A stretch of 57,062 nt of DNA from Clostridia bacterium (GTDB lineage: Bacteria > Bacillota > DTU086), in the NCBI GenBank assembly GCA_012519005.1, contig JAAYRB010000015.1, positions 1-57,062 of the forward strand, written 5' to 3'. Shown one piece after another: positions 18,836 to 28,800 of this stretch. The stretch's first letter is position 1; every line of letters starts with the position of its first letter. The position numbers and the translations under genes were made by a program. Below the pieces are notes generated by a model. That model was not told where the DNA came from. It did no database searches and worked only from the letters and a program-made list of their open reading frames with translations.

Positions 18836-20963
18836 GGTCTTTGCTCCCTTCAATTTCCCGGATCACATTTTCTGGATATTCAATCCGGGAGTGAAATATT
18901 CCATTCAAAACTCTCACAAAAACCTGGGTAATATCCTCCAGTTCCTTGAATGTTAATTCCGATTCCTCCAGCTGCCCATCCTCCAACCTATCTTTAATCA
19001 TCTTCCTGACACATGCCTCCAACCTACCGTGACCTGTAAACTGGAGTGAACGCACGGTGGCCTCTACGGAATCCGCCAGCATAACAATGGCCGCCTCCTT
19101 GGTTTTGGGCTTTGGACCGGGGTATCTATAATCAATTTCATTGGTTGTTTCCCCGTATTCACTTTCCAAGGCTTTATGATAAAAATACGCTACCAAGCCC
19201 GTACCATGGTGCTGATCAATCATCTCCATAACAGGTTGTGGAAGGTTATGCTCCTTGGCCAGTTCTATACCATCCTTAACATGTGCTATTATAATCAATG
19301 TACTTAAATTGGGAGATAATTTGTCGTGGGGGTTTTTAGAGGCCAATTGATTTTCAATGAAAAAGTATGGTCTTTTTAATTTGCCAATATCGTGATAATA
19401 GGCCCCCACCCTGGCTAGCAAAGGGTCGGCCCCGATAGCATCAGCTGCACCTTCCGCAAGATTTGCTACCATAACACTATGGTGATAGGTTCCTGGGGCC
19501 TCTAATAAAAGCCTTTTCAATAATGGCTGATTGGGATTGGACAGCTCCAACAGTTTGACATTAGTGGTAATTTCAAAAGCATTTTCTAGAAAAGGAAGGG
19601 CCCCAATGGTGAGGACAGATGATAAAACCCCATTGATAATGCCTATAACAACACCGAAGGAAATAACCCTCATGGAATTGGTGTTAATTAGTATAACAGA
19701 TAAAATTGCTATAATGTTGGCCATGACAATATACACGCTGGCCCTGGTTAAATCTGTTCTCTCGCTGATTTTAGAAACACTGTAGACCCCGGCGGTACCC
19801 CCGATGAAAGAAACAATGGAATATTGGAGTTGACTTCCCAATAGTACACCTACAAAAACACTCAAGATTGCAGTTACAAATAATGCAAGCCTGCGGTCCA
19901 GCAGCACCGCAATGAGCATGGATACGGCCGCCGTGGGCACCATGAATCCAACAATGGAAGAGATCTCTGAGTTGCCCCCTAGATTTATTGACACAATGCC
20001 CTTATCCAGCAGAAGGCCAACAATAATCAGCAAGCCTAGGAGGATAAATTTTTTCTCATTATAGATAATTTCCCTATTGTAACGATATAAGTAAAGAAAA
20101 ATAAGCAAATAAGATGCTAGTACAAGTCCTGCCAAACCAATCACACTAAAAAACATAAAGTGCGTTCTCAAAATACCCAGATGCTGCAGTGCCTCAATTT
20201 TCTCCTCAGTGACAACTTCACCATCACCAAGAATTTTCTCACCTTGTCTGATTGTAACCTGCACAGGTTCAACTTTCTCTATTGCCTCTGCTTTTCTTTG
20301 TTCCGTACCTTCTATATCCGGAACTAAATTTGGCCTCAACTTTATATCCTTAATAATAATCTGGAGAAGGGGTTTTATATCCTCCTGTATATCAGCCGAG
20401 TTAATGGACATTAGAATGCTTTGAAGGGTGCTGTCAATGGCTTCTTGTTGGATACCTTTTCTCATATTGTCCCGGACAATTTTTTTTAACTCATTTTCAT
20501 AACTGTTCAGTGAAGCTAGATCAGTCTCCCTGACAACAGCTAAGGTAGCGAGGTCTAAATCCAGTCCAGTTTTTTCCTTTAGCTGAACATCCTTTTCTTC
20601 ATCTGTCATTTCCTCATCATTTTTAATTTTACTGATTTCTTCGAAATAACCGCCTATACCTTGCTCAATTTCCTGAACAACCAGCTGGTCAATCTTAAAT
20701 ATTGGGTCGACCCTGTTGGCCGCCTGCCTGCGTTCTTTCTCCGTGAGCACCTCACTCACATAAACCGTACCCTGAGGGGCCTTGATTTGTCTGTTGATCA
20801 CCTCCCCCACCTTGACATTCACTCTTTCCGGTAAAAAATTCGCACTAAGGATGAGAGTGGTGAGTACAAAAAAGACAAATCCATAGAAAACATGCCTGGT
20901 GCCAAGGGCTCTCCAGGCCCTCAGTATTGTTTCACTTCCTTTGCTCCTCCCACCCTTTACCAT
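18798..20963 (-). CDS. pgpH: 7TM-HD membrane phosphohydrolase (PgpH/YqfF family, cyclic-di-AMP phosphodiesterase type)
   Basis: Extracellular N-domain, seven TM helices, and an HD domain (AYYHDIGK). ATG 20963 follows GGGAGGGG. Confidence 0.9.
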   Translation of the reverse strand: MVKGGRSKGSETILRAWRALGTRHVFYGFVFFVLTTLILSANFLPERVNVKVGEVINRQIKAPQGTVYVSEVLTEKERRQAANRVDPIFKIDQLVVQEIEQGIGGYFEEISKIKNDEEMTDEEKDVQLKEKTGLDLDLATLAVVRETDLASLNSYENELKKIVRDNMRKGIQQEAIDSTLQSILMSINSADIQEDIKPLLQIIIKDIKLRPNLVPDIEGTEQRKAEAIEKVEPVQVTIRQGEKILGDGEVVTEEKIEALQHLGILRTHFMFFSVIGLAGLVLASYLLIFLYLYRYNREIIYNEKKFILLGLLIIVGLLLDKGIVSINLGGNSEISSIVGFMVPTAAVSMLIAVLLDRRLALFVTAILSVFVGVLLGSQLQYSIVSFIGGTAGVYSVSKISERTDLTRASVYIVMANIIAILSVILINTNSMRVISFGVVIGIINGVLSSVLTIGALPFLENAFEITTNVKLLELSNPNQPLLKRLLLEAPGTYHHSVMVANLAEGAADAIGADPLLARVGAYYHDIGKLKRPYFFIENQLASKNPHDKLSPNLSTLIIIAHVKDGIELAKEHNLPQPVMEMIDQHHGTGLVAYFYHKALESEYGETTNEIDYRYPGPKPKTKEAAIVMLADSVEATVRSLQFTGHGRLEACVRKMIKDRLEDGQLEESELTFKELEDITQVFVRVLNGIFHSRIEYPENVIREIEGSKDLGNNDKQQPAED

Positions 20964-21951
20964 TTAGATCCCCTCCCGAGGTTGAGGGCTTGTAGCCCTC
21001 GTAAGCCAGAATAACCTTTTGAACTAGGGGGTGTCTGACCACATCCTTCTCTGTCAGCATCTCAAAGGCTATTCCGTCTACATCACCTAAAATATCCCTA
21101 GCTTGAATCAGCCCGGAATAATCCCCCTTGGGCAAGTCCACCTGGGTTATATCCCCGGTGATAACCGCCTTTGAGCCAAGACCAATTCTGGTTAAAAACA
21201 TCTTCATCTGTTCCGGGGTCGTGTTCTGGGCTTCATCTAAGATTATAAAAGAATCAGATAGAGTCCTTCCCCTCATGTACGCCAGTGGAGCAATTTCTAT
21301 TATATTCCGCTCCATGTATTTTTCTGCGGTGTCCACCCCCAACACATCATATAGGCCGTCATAGAGAGGGCGCAGATAGGGGTTGACTTTTTCTTGCAAA
21401 TCCCCCGGTAGGAATCCAAGTTTTTCTCCTGCCTCCACCGCCGGCCTTGCAAGAACGATTCTCTCCACCTGTTTATCTCTTAAGGCCTTTACCGCCATAA
21501 CAACGGCAAGGTATGTCTTGCCAGTTCCCGCGGGGCCGATACCAAAAACCAACTCATGTTTTTTAATGGCCTCCACATATTTGTATTGACCCACCGTCCG
21601 TGGTTTGATTTTTTTACCCCTATAGTTTGCATGAATTGGCCTGGATAAAAAATCCGCCAGTACAACCCCTTTTTTCAACTGTTTGTCCTCTATCAATCCT
21701 AAAATATAATTGATTGTGCGGGAATCTATAATTTGACCGGCCCTTGATAGGGCCAACAGCTGTTTAAATAAAACCTCCCCATTTAGAACTTCTTCCTGTT
21801 CACCAGTAATGACAATTTCATTTCCCCTAACAACAATTTTAGCCTCAAGGTGTTTCTCAATAAACTCGAGGTTTTTATCATGATTACCCAGTAGGTTAAA
21901 AGCCTCACTGTTGCTCCCAATAGCAATTCTCACTTCATCTTGTACACTCAA
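20932..21951 (-). CDS. phoH: PhoH-family ATPase
   Basis: Walker A GPAGTGKTYLAV, with an N-terminal KH-like extension as in Bacillus PhoH/YlaK-type proteins. Confidence 0.92.
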   Translation of the reverse strand: MSVQDEVRIAIGSNSEAFNLLGNHDKNLEFIEKHLEAKIVVRGNEIVITGEQEEVLNGEVLFKQLLALSRAGQIIDSRTINYILGLIEDKQLKKGVVLADFLSRPIHANYRGKKIKPRTVGQYKYVEAIKKHELVFGIGPAGTGKTYLAVVMAVKALRDKQVERIVLARPAVEAGEKLGFLPGDLQEKVNPYLRPLYDGLYDVLGVDTAEKYMERNIIEIAPLAYMRGRTLSDSFIILDEAQNTTPEQMKMFLTRIGLGSKAVITGDITQVDLPKGDYSGLIQARDILGDVDGIAFEMLTEKDVVRHPLVQKVILAYEGYKPSTSGGDLNGKGWEEQRK

Positions 21952-22053
21952 ATGCCAGTATGCCTCCTATGTTATACCTAGATGGTATTTTATCTTACAT
22001 GTATCATTATACATTACTCATTTGCAGGCTTAAATAGCAAGTTATACCTGATA

Positions 22054-23310
22054 TCAATTCAATGGATGGAATTCCCCTATTTCCTCAATGGTTTCTACCA
22101 GAACTAACAAAATCACTTTTTTTTCATCCTGGGATTTCACATTTGTTTTTTTAGATATTATTTTAGAGTTGGGAGGTAATTTATCTTCAATTTTTTTGAT
22201 GACATTTTTTTCGGCGAGATCCCTCGCCTCCGCCATACTGCGGTATATCTTATCCCTTTTCAATTCATAATGAACAGTGGAGGTTATTTCCATTGGTATT
22301 TTCATATTGCCCAGACCAGGTAATTTTCTTACCTTTTTCTCCTCCTTATAAGTTTTATAAGGGGGGTTCTCCAAACCTTTTATAAATTTCTTTTTCCCGA
22401 TCCTTAAAACAAGCACTTTTTGGCTTTGCCCGGTTTTTCTTTCAACCTTATCTTCTAGGTTTACTCTTTCTTCAAATTCATACCACGCCCTGGCCCTCAC
22501 AATACCTTTTGCCCTAAAATATACGGGCTCCTCCTGTTCATCTTCAATATCACTCCGGGGATCTTCATTTTCAGAATCCTCATCTTCTTCCTCCTCAATT
22601 TCATGGATAATTTCTCCGGAGATGAGCAAATCCCCCTTTTTCACTGTATCCCCTTCCATCACCCCAGCCGTACCTGAAAGGACCAGTATTTCTTCAATAA
22701 TTCCATCCTTTTGTGCGAGTATGTTTCCCGGCTGTCTGTCCAAATGCTTTTCATCGGGAAGCACTTTTTCCACGACTTCCAGAATTGCCCTAGTCCCTGA
22801 TATTTCCACCCCAACCCAGCTGGCACGGGGCAGTTTTCTTTCCATGGATTCCTTAATGTCACTGGTATCAAGCCTGTATCTCAGGGCACCTTTTTTGAGG
22901 CCGCATGAAGAGGCCGCATGAAATATTTGCCCTTCGGTGTGCATTTTCAGGTCAGATACATTTTTTATCTCCACTGACCATATGAAGGAGGAAAGTAAAT
23001 AAAGGCAAACAAGAAAAAACAATATTCCCACTGGAAACATTTTGCGTCGATAAATCTTTTTCACAAGAAATGGAATACCTTTTTTGCTGTTGATTCTCAC
23101 CCTAGAGCCTGTGGCCCGGGCTATATGCCTCAATGAAGGGAATGTTTCGGAATATATCTTTGCCTGGACCCTATTGCTGGTAACCCTTCGGATTTCCCAT
23201 AGGAAATGCCCCCTACTCACCGCCATATTAATAAACTTTTCCCCATGATTGCCTTCTATGTCTATTACCAGATAACCCCTAAGATATGCCCAAATTTTCA
23301 GCAAATTCAT
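22054..23310 (-). CDS. yqfD: Sporulation protein YqfD
   Basis: Size, a single central TM, and position directly after yqfC. SD GGGGGTG lies 6 nt before the ATG. Confidence 0.85.
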   Translation of the reverse strand: MNLLKIWAYLRGYLVIDIEGNHGEKFINMAVSRGHFLWEIRRVTSNRVQAKIYSETFPSLRHIARATGSRVRINSKKGIPFLVKKIYRRKMFPVGILFFLVCLYLLSSFIWSVEIKNVSDLKMHTEGQIFHAASSCGLKKGALRYRLDTSDIKESMERKLPRASWVGVEISGTRAILEVVEKVLPDEKHLDRQPGNILAQKDGIIEEILVLSGTAGVMEGDTVKKGDLLISGEIIHEIEEEEDEDSENEDPRSDIEDEQEEPVYFRAKGIVRARAWYEFEERVNLEDKVERKTGQSQKVLVLRIGKKKFIKGLENPPYKTYKEEKKVRKLPGLGNMKIPMEITSTVHYELKRDKIYRSMAEARDLAEKNVIKKIEDKLPPNSKIISKKTNVKSQDEKKVILLVLVETIEEIGEFHPLN

Positions 23311-23324
23311 TTTTTACACCCCCG

Positions 23325-23630
23325 TTATTGACCAAATACAAGGGTGTCAATTTTACCCTCTAGTGACAATTCATCCGGCAAAATGGTCTTTAAAAAAAAA
23401 TCCTCTCCTGTTATTTTTATTTCCCCGCTGTTTACGGCCACCCTTAATTTTTCCGAGGTATACTCTATTACTCCCTTGTGGTTCTCAATATACACATGCA
23501 CATTACCCACCATAACTACCCTCGGAAGATTTAATAATATATCTTCTGGAATCTCTAGGACATTGGCAAAACCAAGTTTAGCCTTTTCCTTTTTTTTCCT
23601 GATGAAATTTTTTAAATTCCTGTCACCCAT
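23325..23630 (-). CDS. yqfC: Sporulation protein YqfC
   Basis: A small protein with the conserved core LPRVVMVGNVHVYIENHKGVIEYTSEKLRV. ATG 23630 follows AAGGGGGA. The GTG at 23651 in the track lacks a spaced SD. Confidence 0.85.
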   Translation of the reverse strand: MGDRNLKNFIRKKKEKAKLGFANVLEIPEDILLNLPRVVMVGNVHVYIENHKGVIEYTSEKLRVAVNSGEIKITGEDFFLKTILPDELSLEGKIDTLVFGQ

Positions 23631-23663
23631 GTTAATCCCCCTTATCCACACGGCCCTTGACTA

Positions 23664-23692
23664 AATTTATGCATAGTAAAAGTAGATAATGC
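23664..23692 (-). promoter_or_regulatory. Candidate mother-cell (sigma-E type) promoter upstream of yqfC-yqfD
   Basis: Minus strand reads GCATTAT, then 14 nt, then CATAAATT. This resembles the sigma-E consensus (kmATAtt / CATACAnT). It is a pattern match only. Confidence 0.35.
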
Positions 23693-23770
23693 CGGGGTAG
23701 GGGTAAAAGCCTGTTTCATACAAATACTTTAATTGAACAAGAATTACACATGGCGGCCTTGAAATACAAA

Positions 23771-23804
23771 GAAAATAAAAAAACCAGGGCGTATATACCC
23801 CTGG
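23771..23804 (-). terminator. Rho-independent terminator after the nfeD-floA-yqfB-like operon
   Basis: Minus strand stem CCAGGG / CCCTGG, followed by TTTTTTTATTTT. Confidence 0.6.
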
Positions 23805-23825
23805 CCATTAAGACTGTATTTGCAT

Positions 23826-24245
23826 TCATCCATGATTTTGGGGTTTCCATTGATTTAGCGATCTCGGTCTACCCAATATTTCGGAATATACTACGCCCAT
23901 TATCAAATCATTTTTGCTGGCCGGTATGGTCTGTATGGTTTGTTCCCCTTTTCCAGCAGTACCGACCCTTTTCTTTGAGGAAATTTCTCTGTCGGCAATG
24001 TGCATTTCCGAAGTTACTTTCGTCTTACCAAGAGCCCTGTCCACGGAAACTGCACCCGGGGCAATGCTCGTTTCAATTTTTGCTGTGACTTCCTTTTCAG
24101 GCAAATGGGAAGTCGTGGTTTTTGAATGAACCGTGGATGGCTCACCGCCTTTACGTCTTTCATGGTCCTTCTTTTTAGTATTGGCTTTATCATAGGCCCT
24201 GGTTATTATATACAATATGAACAGAATAAATATTAACCCATCCAA
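23826..24245 (-). CDS. Hypothetical membrane-anchored protein (YqfB-like by position)
   Basis: N-terminal TM (GLIFILFILYIITRA) followed by a polar, basic tail. TTG 24245 lies 7 nt after AGGAGTG. It directly follows floA and precedes a terminator. Confidence 0.65.
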   Translation of the reverse strand: MDGLIFILFILYIITRAYDKANTKKKDHERRKGGEPSTVHSKTTTSHLPEKEVTAKIETSIAPGAVSVDRALGKTKVTSEMHIADREISSKKRVGTAGKGEQTIQTIPASKNDLIMGVVYSEILGRPRSLNQWKPQNHG

Positions 24246-24264
24246 TAAATATCACTCCTGCCCC

Positions 24265-25269
24265 TTAGTTATCCTTTTGCATATCATCTTTGTAGATACT
24301 GGTTGCGGTGCCATCCCCCGTTTCTTTAGCGATATTTTCCCTCATTTGTGTGTCTGCTAGGATATTTTTCAAATTGTAGTAATCCATTACACCTATGTTG
24401 CCTTCCTTGAGAGCGAAAGCCAATGCTAAGGGCACCTCGGCCTCGGTTTCCACAACCTTAGCACGCATTTCTTGTACACTTGCCTTCATCTCCTGCTCTT
24501 GGGCAACTGCCATAGCCCTACGTTCTTCCGCTCTGGCCTGGGCGATATTTTTGTCCGCCTCAGCCTGATCTATCTGCAAGGTAGCCCCGATATTTCTACC
24601 AACATCCACATCGGCAATGTCAATTGAGAGAATCTCAAATGCCGTTCCGGAATCAAGGCCCTTGTCCAGTACTGTTTCCGATATGGAATCCGGGTTCTCC
24701 AGTACCTTTTTATGACTTACAGATGAACCCACGGTTGTAACGATACCTTCCCCCACCCGGGCAATAACCGTTTCTTCCCCTGCCCCGCCGACCAAACGAT
24801 CTATATTTGCACGAACTGTCACTCTTGCCAGCACTTTTACCTCAATCCCATCCATTGCAACAGCGGAAACAATGGGAGTCTCAATAACCCTGGGGTTCAC
24901 GCTCATTTGTACGGCTTCCAAAACATTACGCCCGGCGAGATCTATAGCTGCCGCCCTTTCAAAGGCGAGATTTATATTTGCCCTCTCAGCAGCGATAAGC
25001 GCATTGACAACTCTGTCCACATTTCCCCCCGCCAAATAATGTGCCTCCAATTTATCGGCGGTAACCACCAAACCCGCCTTAACGGCCTTAATCAAAGGAC
25101 CAACAATCTTCACTGGAGGAACCCTTCTCAACCGCATACCTATTAGATTGACAATGCTAATTTTAACACCCGCGGCCAATGCGGAAATCCATAGACCAAC
25201 CGGTATAAAGCTTAGGACCACCACAATCCCTAAAAAGATCAGCCCAATAAACAGTAAGCCCGGCAGCAT
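24265..25269 (-). CDS. floA: Flotillin-like protein FloA (YqfA family)
   Basis: N-terminal hairpin TM, an SPFH-like body and an Ala/Glu-rich coiled region ([21 protein letters not shown]). SD AAGGGGG. Confidence 0.92.
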   Translation of the reverse strand: MLPGLLFIGLIFLGIVVVLSFIPVGLWISALAAGVKISIVNLIGMRLRRVPPVKIVGPLIKAVKAGLVVTADKLEAHYLAGGNVDRVVNALIAAERANINLAFERAAAIDLAGRNVLEAVQMSVNPRVIETPIVSAVAMDGIEVKVLARVTVRANIDRLVGGAGEETVIARVGEGIVTTVGSSVSHKKVLENPDSISETVLDKGLDSGTAFEILSIDIADVDVGRNIGATLQIDQAEADKNIAQARAEERRAMAVAQEQEMKASVQEMRAKVVETEAEVPLALAFALKEGNIGVMDYYNLKNILADTQMRENIAKETGDGTATSIYKDDMQKDN

Positions 25270-25282
25270 CTTATTACCCCCT

Positions 25283-26623
25283 TTATTGTTTTGCTTTTTT
25301 TACGACAATCCTGTTGTCCTCAACTTTTACAACCTGTACCATCTTGCCCCGGGGTATGAATCCCCCTTCGGTTACAACATCAAGCCTCTGACCATTAATT
25401 TGCACAGCCCCGGCCGGTCTAAGGGGCGTGATAGTGACCCCCTCCTTACCCACCAGCTCATCCCTAGGACTATCAGAAGGAAGATAACCAGATTCCCTGT
25501 CCAACTTGACATTTAGAATCAGCCTTTCCCAAAGCCTTCTTGTATGACCAAATTTGAAACTAAGATATATAGCAAGTGAAGTACCCAGAAGCGCCAATGA
25601 AAGGGAAATAATTCCCTGCTTGACACTGCCCACGGCCAATATAACGCTTAAAAGCAGGGCCGCTATCCCTCCAATACCAGCGGCACCAAAACCGGGGATA
25701 ACAAAAGCCTCTAAAATTATTAGAAAAACACCGCCAACAAATAAAAGGATCACACCCCAGCCGCTTAAACCAGCAAAAAAATGTCCCCAAAAAAACAGTA
25801 TAAATGCCGAAAATGATAAAAGACCGGCAGCTCCAAACCCCACGGTAAGCAATTCCACGGCTAGACCAGCAAAGCCAATAGTGAGAAGCACCGGGGTTAT
25901 GTAGGGGTTTGTGATATAACGTGTAATGTGTTCAGTCAAGTTCATGGAAACCGATTTAAGATTTTTATCCTTAACCCCCAGCTGGCCCATTAGCATTCTG
26001 ATATTCGAGGCGCCGCCCTCAGAAAATCCCCACTTAAAGGCTTCTTGATCCGTCAGAGTCAGAAGTTTTCCCTTTTCCTTAAGCCCTTCCACTGATATAT
26101 CCCTATCCGCCATGGCTCTGGCAATCCTGCCATCCCGATCATTTTCCTCAGCGGAAGTGGCCAGCAAAGAGGACCAATAGGAGACGGTTTTTTCATCCGC
26201 CTTTTTCCCACCAATCCTTGGCTCCGCATCTCCAATCGTAGTTCCGGGAGCCATGTATATCTCCTGAGAGGAAAGCGCTACCAACACCCCCGCGGATATG
26301 GCACCACCCCTAACATATGCAATGGTATTCACAGGGCTGTCCTTAATGATTTTCCGAATATCAATTGCCGCATCTATTAGGCCGCCGGGGGTATCAATTT
26401 CAAGAATTACTGCCCTGGCGTCTTCCTCTTCCGCCATTTGGTAAGCCCTTTGAAAATAAGCAACCATTCCACCATCAATTATACCCTCTACCTGGAGGCG
26501 GTAAACCGGATTACCATTATCGGCGTAAGCCGGTGAGATATTTATGGATAAGATAATGATGCATAGAAGAAAAATTCTTATCATTTTTCTTTTTTCTACA
26601 GACGACACAGGACATCCCCCCAA
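25283..26623 (-). CDS. nfeD: NfeD-family membrane-bound ClpP-class serine protease (YqeZ-like)
   Basis: Signal peptide, ClpP-like domain, multi-TM segment and a C-terminal NfeD OB domain ([30 protein letters not shown]). The likely true start is GTG 26608, 5 nt after GGGGGGAT. Confidence 0.88.
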   Translation of the reverse strand: MGGCPVSSVEKRKMIRIFLLCIIILSINISPAYADNGNPVYRLQVEGIIDGGMVAYFQRAYQMAEEEDARAVILEIDTPGGLIDAAIDIRKIIKDSPVNTIAYVRGGAISAGVLVALSSQEIYMAPGTTIGDAEPRIGGKKADEKTVSYWSSLLATSAEENDRDGRIARAMADRDISVEGLKEKGKLLTLTDQEAFKWGFSEGGASNIRMLMGQLGVKDKNLKSVSMNLTEHITRYITNPYITPVLLTIGFAGLAVELLTVGFGAAGLLSFSAFILFFWGHFFAGLSGWGVILLFVGGVFLIILEAFVIPGFGAAGIGGIAALLLSVILAVGSVKQGIISLSLALLGTSLAIYLSFKFGHTRRLWERLILNVKLDRESGYLPSDSPRDELVGKEGVTITPLRPAGAVQINGQRLDVVTEGGFIPRGKMVQVVKVEDNRIVVKKAKQ

Positions 26624-26684
26624 AACACCGGATTATTTTAGATCGGTATCACCAATGGGAAAACAAACCCCCGGTAGAAATATT

Positions 26685-26711
26685 AAAAAGCCTGGTTATT
26701 AAACCAGGCTT
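26685..26711 (-). terminator. Rho-independent terminator of rpsU
   Basis: Minus strand AAGCCTGGTT-taat-AACCAGGCTT, followed by TTTTT. Confidence 0.8.
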
Positions 26712-26757
26712 AATTCCAACCAAGCCATGATGGAAGGTGGATCTCTTTAGGTTAAAA

Positions 26758-26931
26758 CTACCACCTACGTTTACGGGCCGCCTCCGATTTCTTCTTCCTT
26801 CTTACACTTGGCTTCTCATAATGTTCCCTTTTTCTAACCTCTCTCAAAATACCAGCCCGTTGGCAATTGCGTTTAAAGCGTCTCAGGGCACTATCTATAG
26901 ATTCATTCTTACCAACTTTAACCTCTATCAT
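26758..26931 (-). CDS. rpsU: 30S ribosomal protein S21
   Basis: Absent from the ORF track because it is under 60 aa. Translation is [69 protein letters not shown] lies upstream. Confidence 0.95.
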   Translation of the reverse strand: MIEVKVGKNESIDSALRRFKRNCQRAGILREVRKREHYEKPSVRRKKKSEAARKRRW

Positions 26932-27032
26932 CCAATTTCCCTCCCTCCATCAGCAATGCTGTATAAAAGCAAAATTTAATTTAAAATCAAATATACGAAT
27001 TTACATATATAGTAAAGGAAAATTACAGACGA

Positions 27033-27061
27033 ATTATACTACATATAAAAAAATCAGTCAA
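27033..27061 (-). promoter_or_regulatory. Sigma-A promoter of rpsU
   Basis: TTGACT (27061-27056), a 17-nt spacer, then TATAAT (27038-27033). This implies an AT-rich leader of roughly 95 nt. Confidence 0.7.
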
Positions 27062-27082
27062 CGTAATTGAATTGCGGAGGGT

Positions 27083-27439
27083 TTACCCAACACCTTTGAA
27101 TTTCTTTCCCGCTAGGAAGTGAAAATGCAGATGATAAACCACTTGTCCCCCCTCATCTTTGCAGTTGTTAACTAAACGAAACCCCCTATCGTAAACACCA
27201 AGGGATTCTGCTATTTTACCTGCCGCAAGGTGGATCCTGCCTATAAGTTCCGCATCCTCTTGCCCCATATCTGTTAGGGTAGGAATATGCTTCTTAGGTA
27301 TAATCAATATATGTATTGGTGCCACGGGATTAACGTCCTTAAAAGCTAGTATTTCATCATCTTCATATACAATATCCGATGGCAGTTCCTTGTCTACGAT
27401 CTTACAGAAAATACAATCTTGTTCAGCCAAAGACATCAC
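27083..27439 (-). CDS. HIT-family nucleotide hydrolase/transferase
   Basis: Histidine triad HLHFHFL near the C-terminus, with the N-terminal CIFCKI motif. Confidence 0.92.
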   Translation of the reverse strand: MMSLAEQDCIFCKIVDKELPSDIVYEDDEILAFKDVNPVAPIHILIIPKKHIPTLTDMGQEDAELIGRIHLAAGKIAESLGVYDRGFRLVNNCKDEGGQVVYHLHFHFLAGKKFKGVG

Positions 27440-27477
27440 CCCCTAATCGGCAATGTACTTATAATGATATCAGAACA

Positions 27478-28800
27478 CTAACTATCTGTCATCTTTTCTC
27501 TGCCCATGACGAATTTATCTCCCATCTCCATTAGCCTAATGGGAACAGTCTCCCCCTGTAAATTTGCCTTATGGGAAGGAAATTTGACCTTAATATAGTT
27601 AGGCGTGTGTCCTTCCCACAAACCATTTTTCCGCTGCTCTGCCAGGACTTCCATTGTTTCGTTTAAAAAACAGGAGGCAAACTCATTATAAAGATCCTTG
27701 GACAACCTTCGAAGTATTTTGCTCCTTGATTTTTTAATATCCCCGGGTATTTGTTCTGGATAATCAGCAGCTGGGGTACCGGCCCGAGGGGAATATTTGA
27801 AAACATGTAGATCCATGAAGCCAACAGTGTTTAAAAAGTTTTTTGTATTATGAAAATGGATTTCTTTTTCACCGGGGAAACCCACCATGACATCTGTAGT
27901 AAAAGAAGATTCTGGTCGAAGAGAGCGAATTCTACTGACCAGCTCTAAATATTCCTCTGAGGTATATCTTCTACCCATCTTCCTAAGAATGGAATTGTCC
28001 CCACTTTGTAAGGAAATATGATAGTGGGGGCAAACAATCTCTTCCCCTGCTAAAGCGTCAACCAACTCTTTGCTAAAATCATTTGGGTCAATAGAGCTGA
28101 TTCTTAGCCTGAGCAGACCGTCTAGTCTAGATAATTCCCCCACAAGTTCAGCCAAGGAAGAAGGGGGCTTTAAGTCAACGCCATAGGCACCCAGCCTTAT
28201 TCCCGTGAGAACTATCTCCTTATAGCCCATGGAAATCAATTTTTCTGCCCTTTCCTTAGCTTTTTCTAGAGGTCTGCTTCGTACCGGCCCCCTGGCATAG
28301 GGAATAATACAATAAGTGCAAAATTGCCTGCAGCCTTCTTGCACCTTTAAAAAAGCCCTGGTACGACCGGAGGATTTGCTGAGGGGAAATTCCTCAAAAG
28401 CCGTAAGCTTTTTAATATCCTCCACCACGGAATTGGTTTCGCCAGTATCCCTTACCTCTTCAACTAATTCAACAATCTGATTGCGCTGGCTGGTTCCAAT
28501 AATCAAATCGACGCCCTTCATTTTAGCTATTTCATTGCTGCTGGTTTGTGCATAGCATCCGGTAACCGCAACGATTGCCTCAGGGTTACGCTTGACAGCC
28601 CTTCTGATTATTTGCCGTGACTTCCTATCACTTTCCCTTGTTACAGTACATGTATGGATGATATAAACATCGGCCTTGCTTGAAAAATCTACAATTTCAT
28701 AACCCCGATCACGAAACAAGTCTGCTATGGCTTCTGCTTCCGTTTGATTTACCTTACAGCCCAGCACTTGTACAGCCGCTTTTGGTTTGGGCCTTGACAA
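27478..28800 (-). CDS. mtaB: tRNA t6A37 methylthiotransferase MtaB (radical SAM)
   Basis: Radical-SAM cluster CRQFCTYC, an MTTase N-domain (LGCKVNQTEAE) and a TRAM C-domain. TTG 28800 lies 6 nt after GGAGGTG and is preferred. The ORF-track start is 28839. Confidence 0.9.
   Translation of the reverse strand: MSRPKPKAAVQVLGCKVNQTEAEAIADLFRDRGYEIVDFSSKADVYIIHTCTVTRESDRKSRQIIRRAVKRNPEAIVAVTGCYAQTSSNEIAKMKGVDLIIGTSQRNQIVELVEEVRDTGETNSVVEDIKKLTAFEEFPLSKSSGRTRAFLKVQEGCRQFCTYCIIPYARGPVRSRPLEKAKERAEKLISMGYKEIVLTGIRLGAYGVDLKPPSSLAELVGELSRLDGLLRLRISSIDPNDFSKELVDALAGEEIVCPHYHISLQSGDNSILRKMGRRYTSEEYLELVSRIRSLRPESSFTTDVMVGFPGEKEIHFHNTKNFLNTVGFMDLHVFKYSPRAGTPAADYPEQIPGDIKKSRSKILRRLSKDLYNEFASCFLNETMEVLAEQRKNGLWEGHTPNYIKVKFPSHKANLQGETVPIRLMEMGDKFVMGREKMTDS

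Noticed and set aside
23750-24088. A 112-aa plus-strand ORF overlapping the yqfB-like gene.
   Set aside because: The minus-strand ORF has an SD, a TM anchor, operon context and a terminator. The plus-strand ORF has none of these.
26737-27070. Two plus-strand ORFs (80 and 67 aa) in the rpsU region.
   Set aside because: They are antisense to rpsU and its AT-rich leader. The real gene here is the 57-aa S21 ORF on the minus strand.
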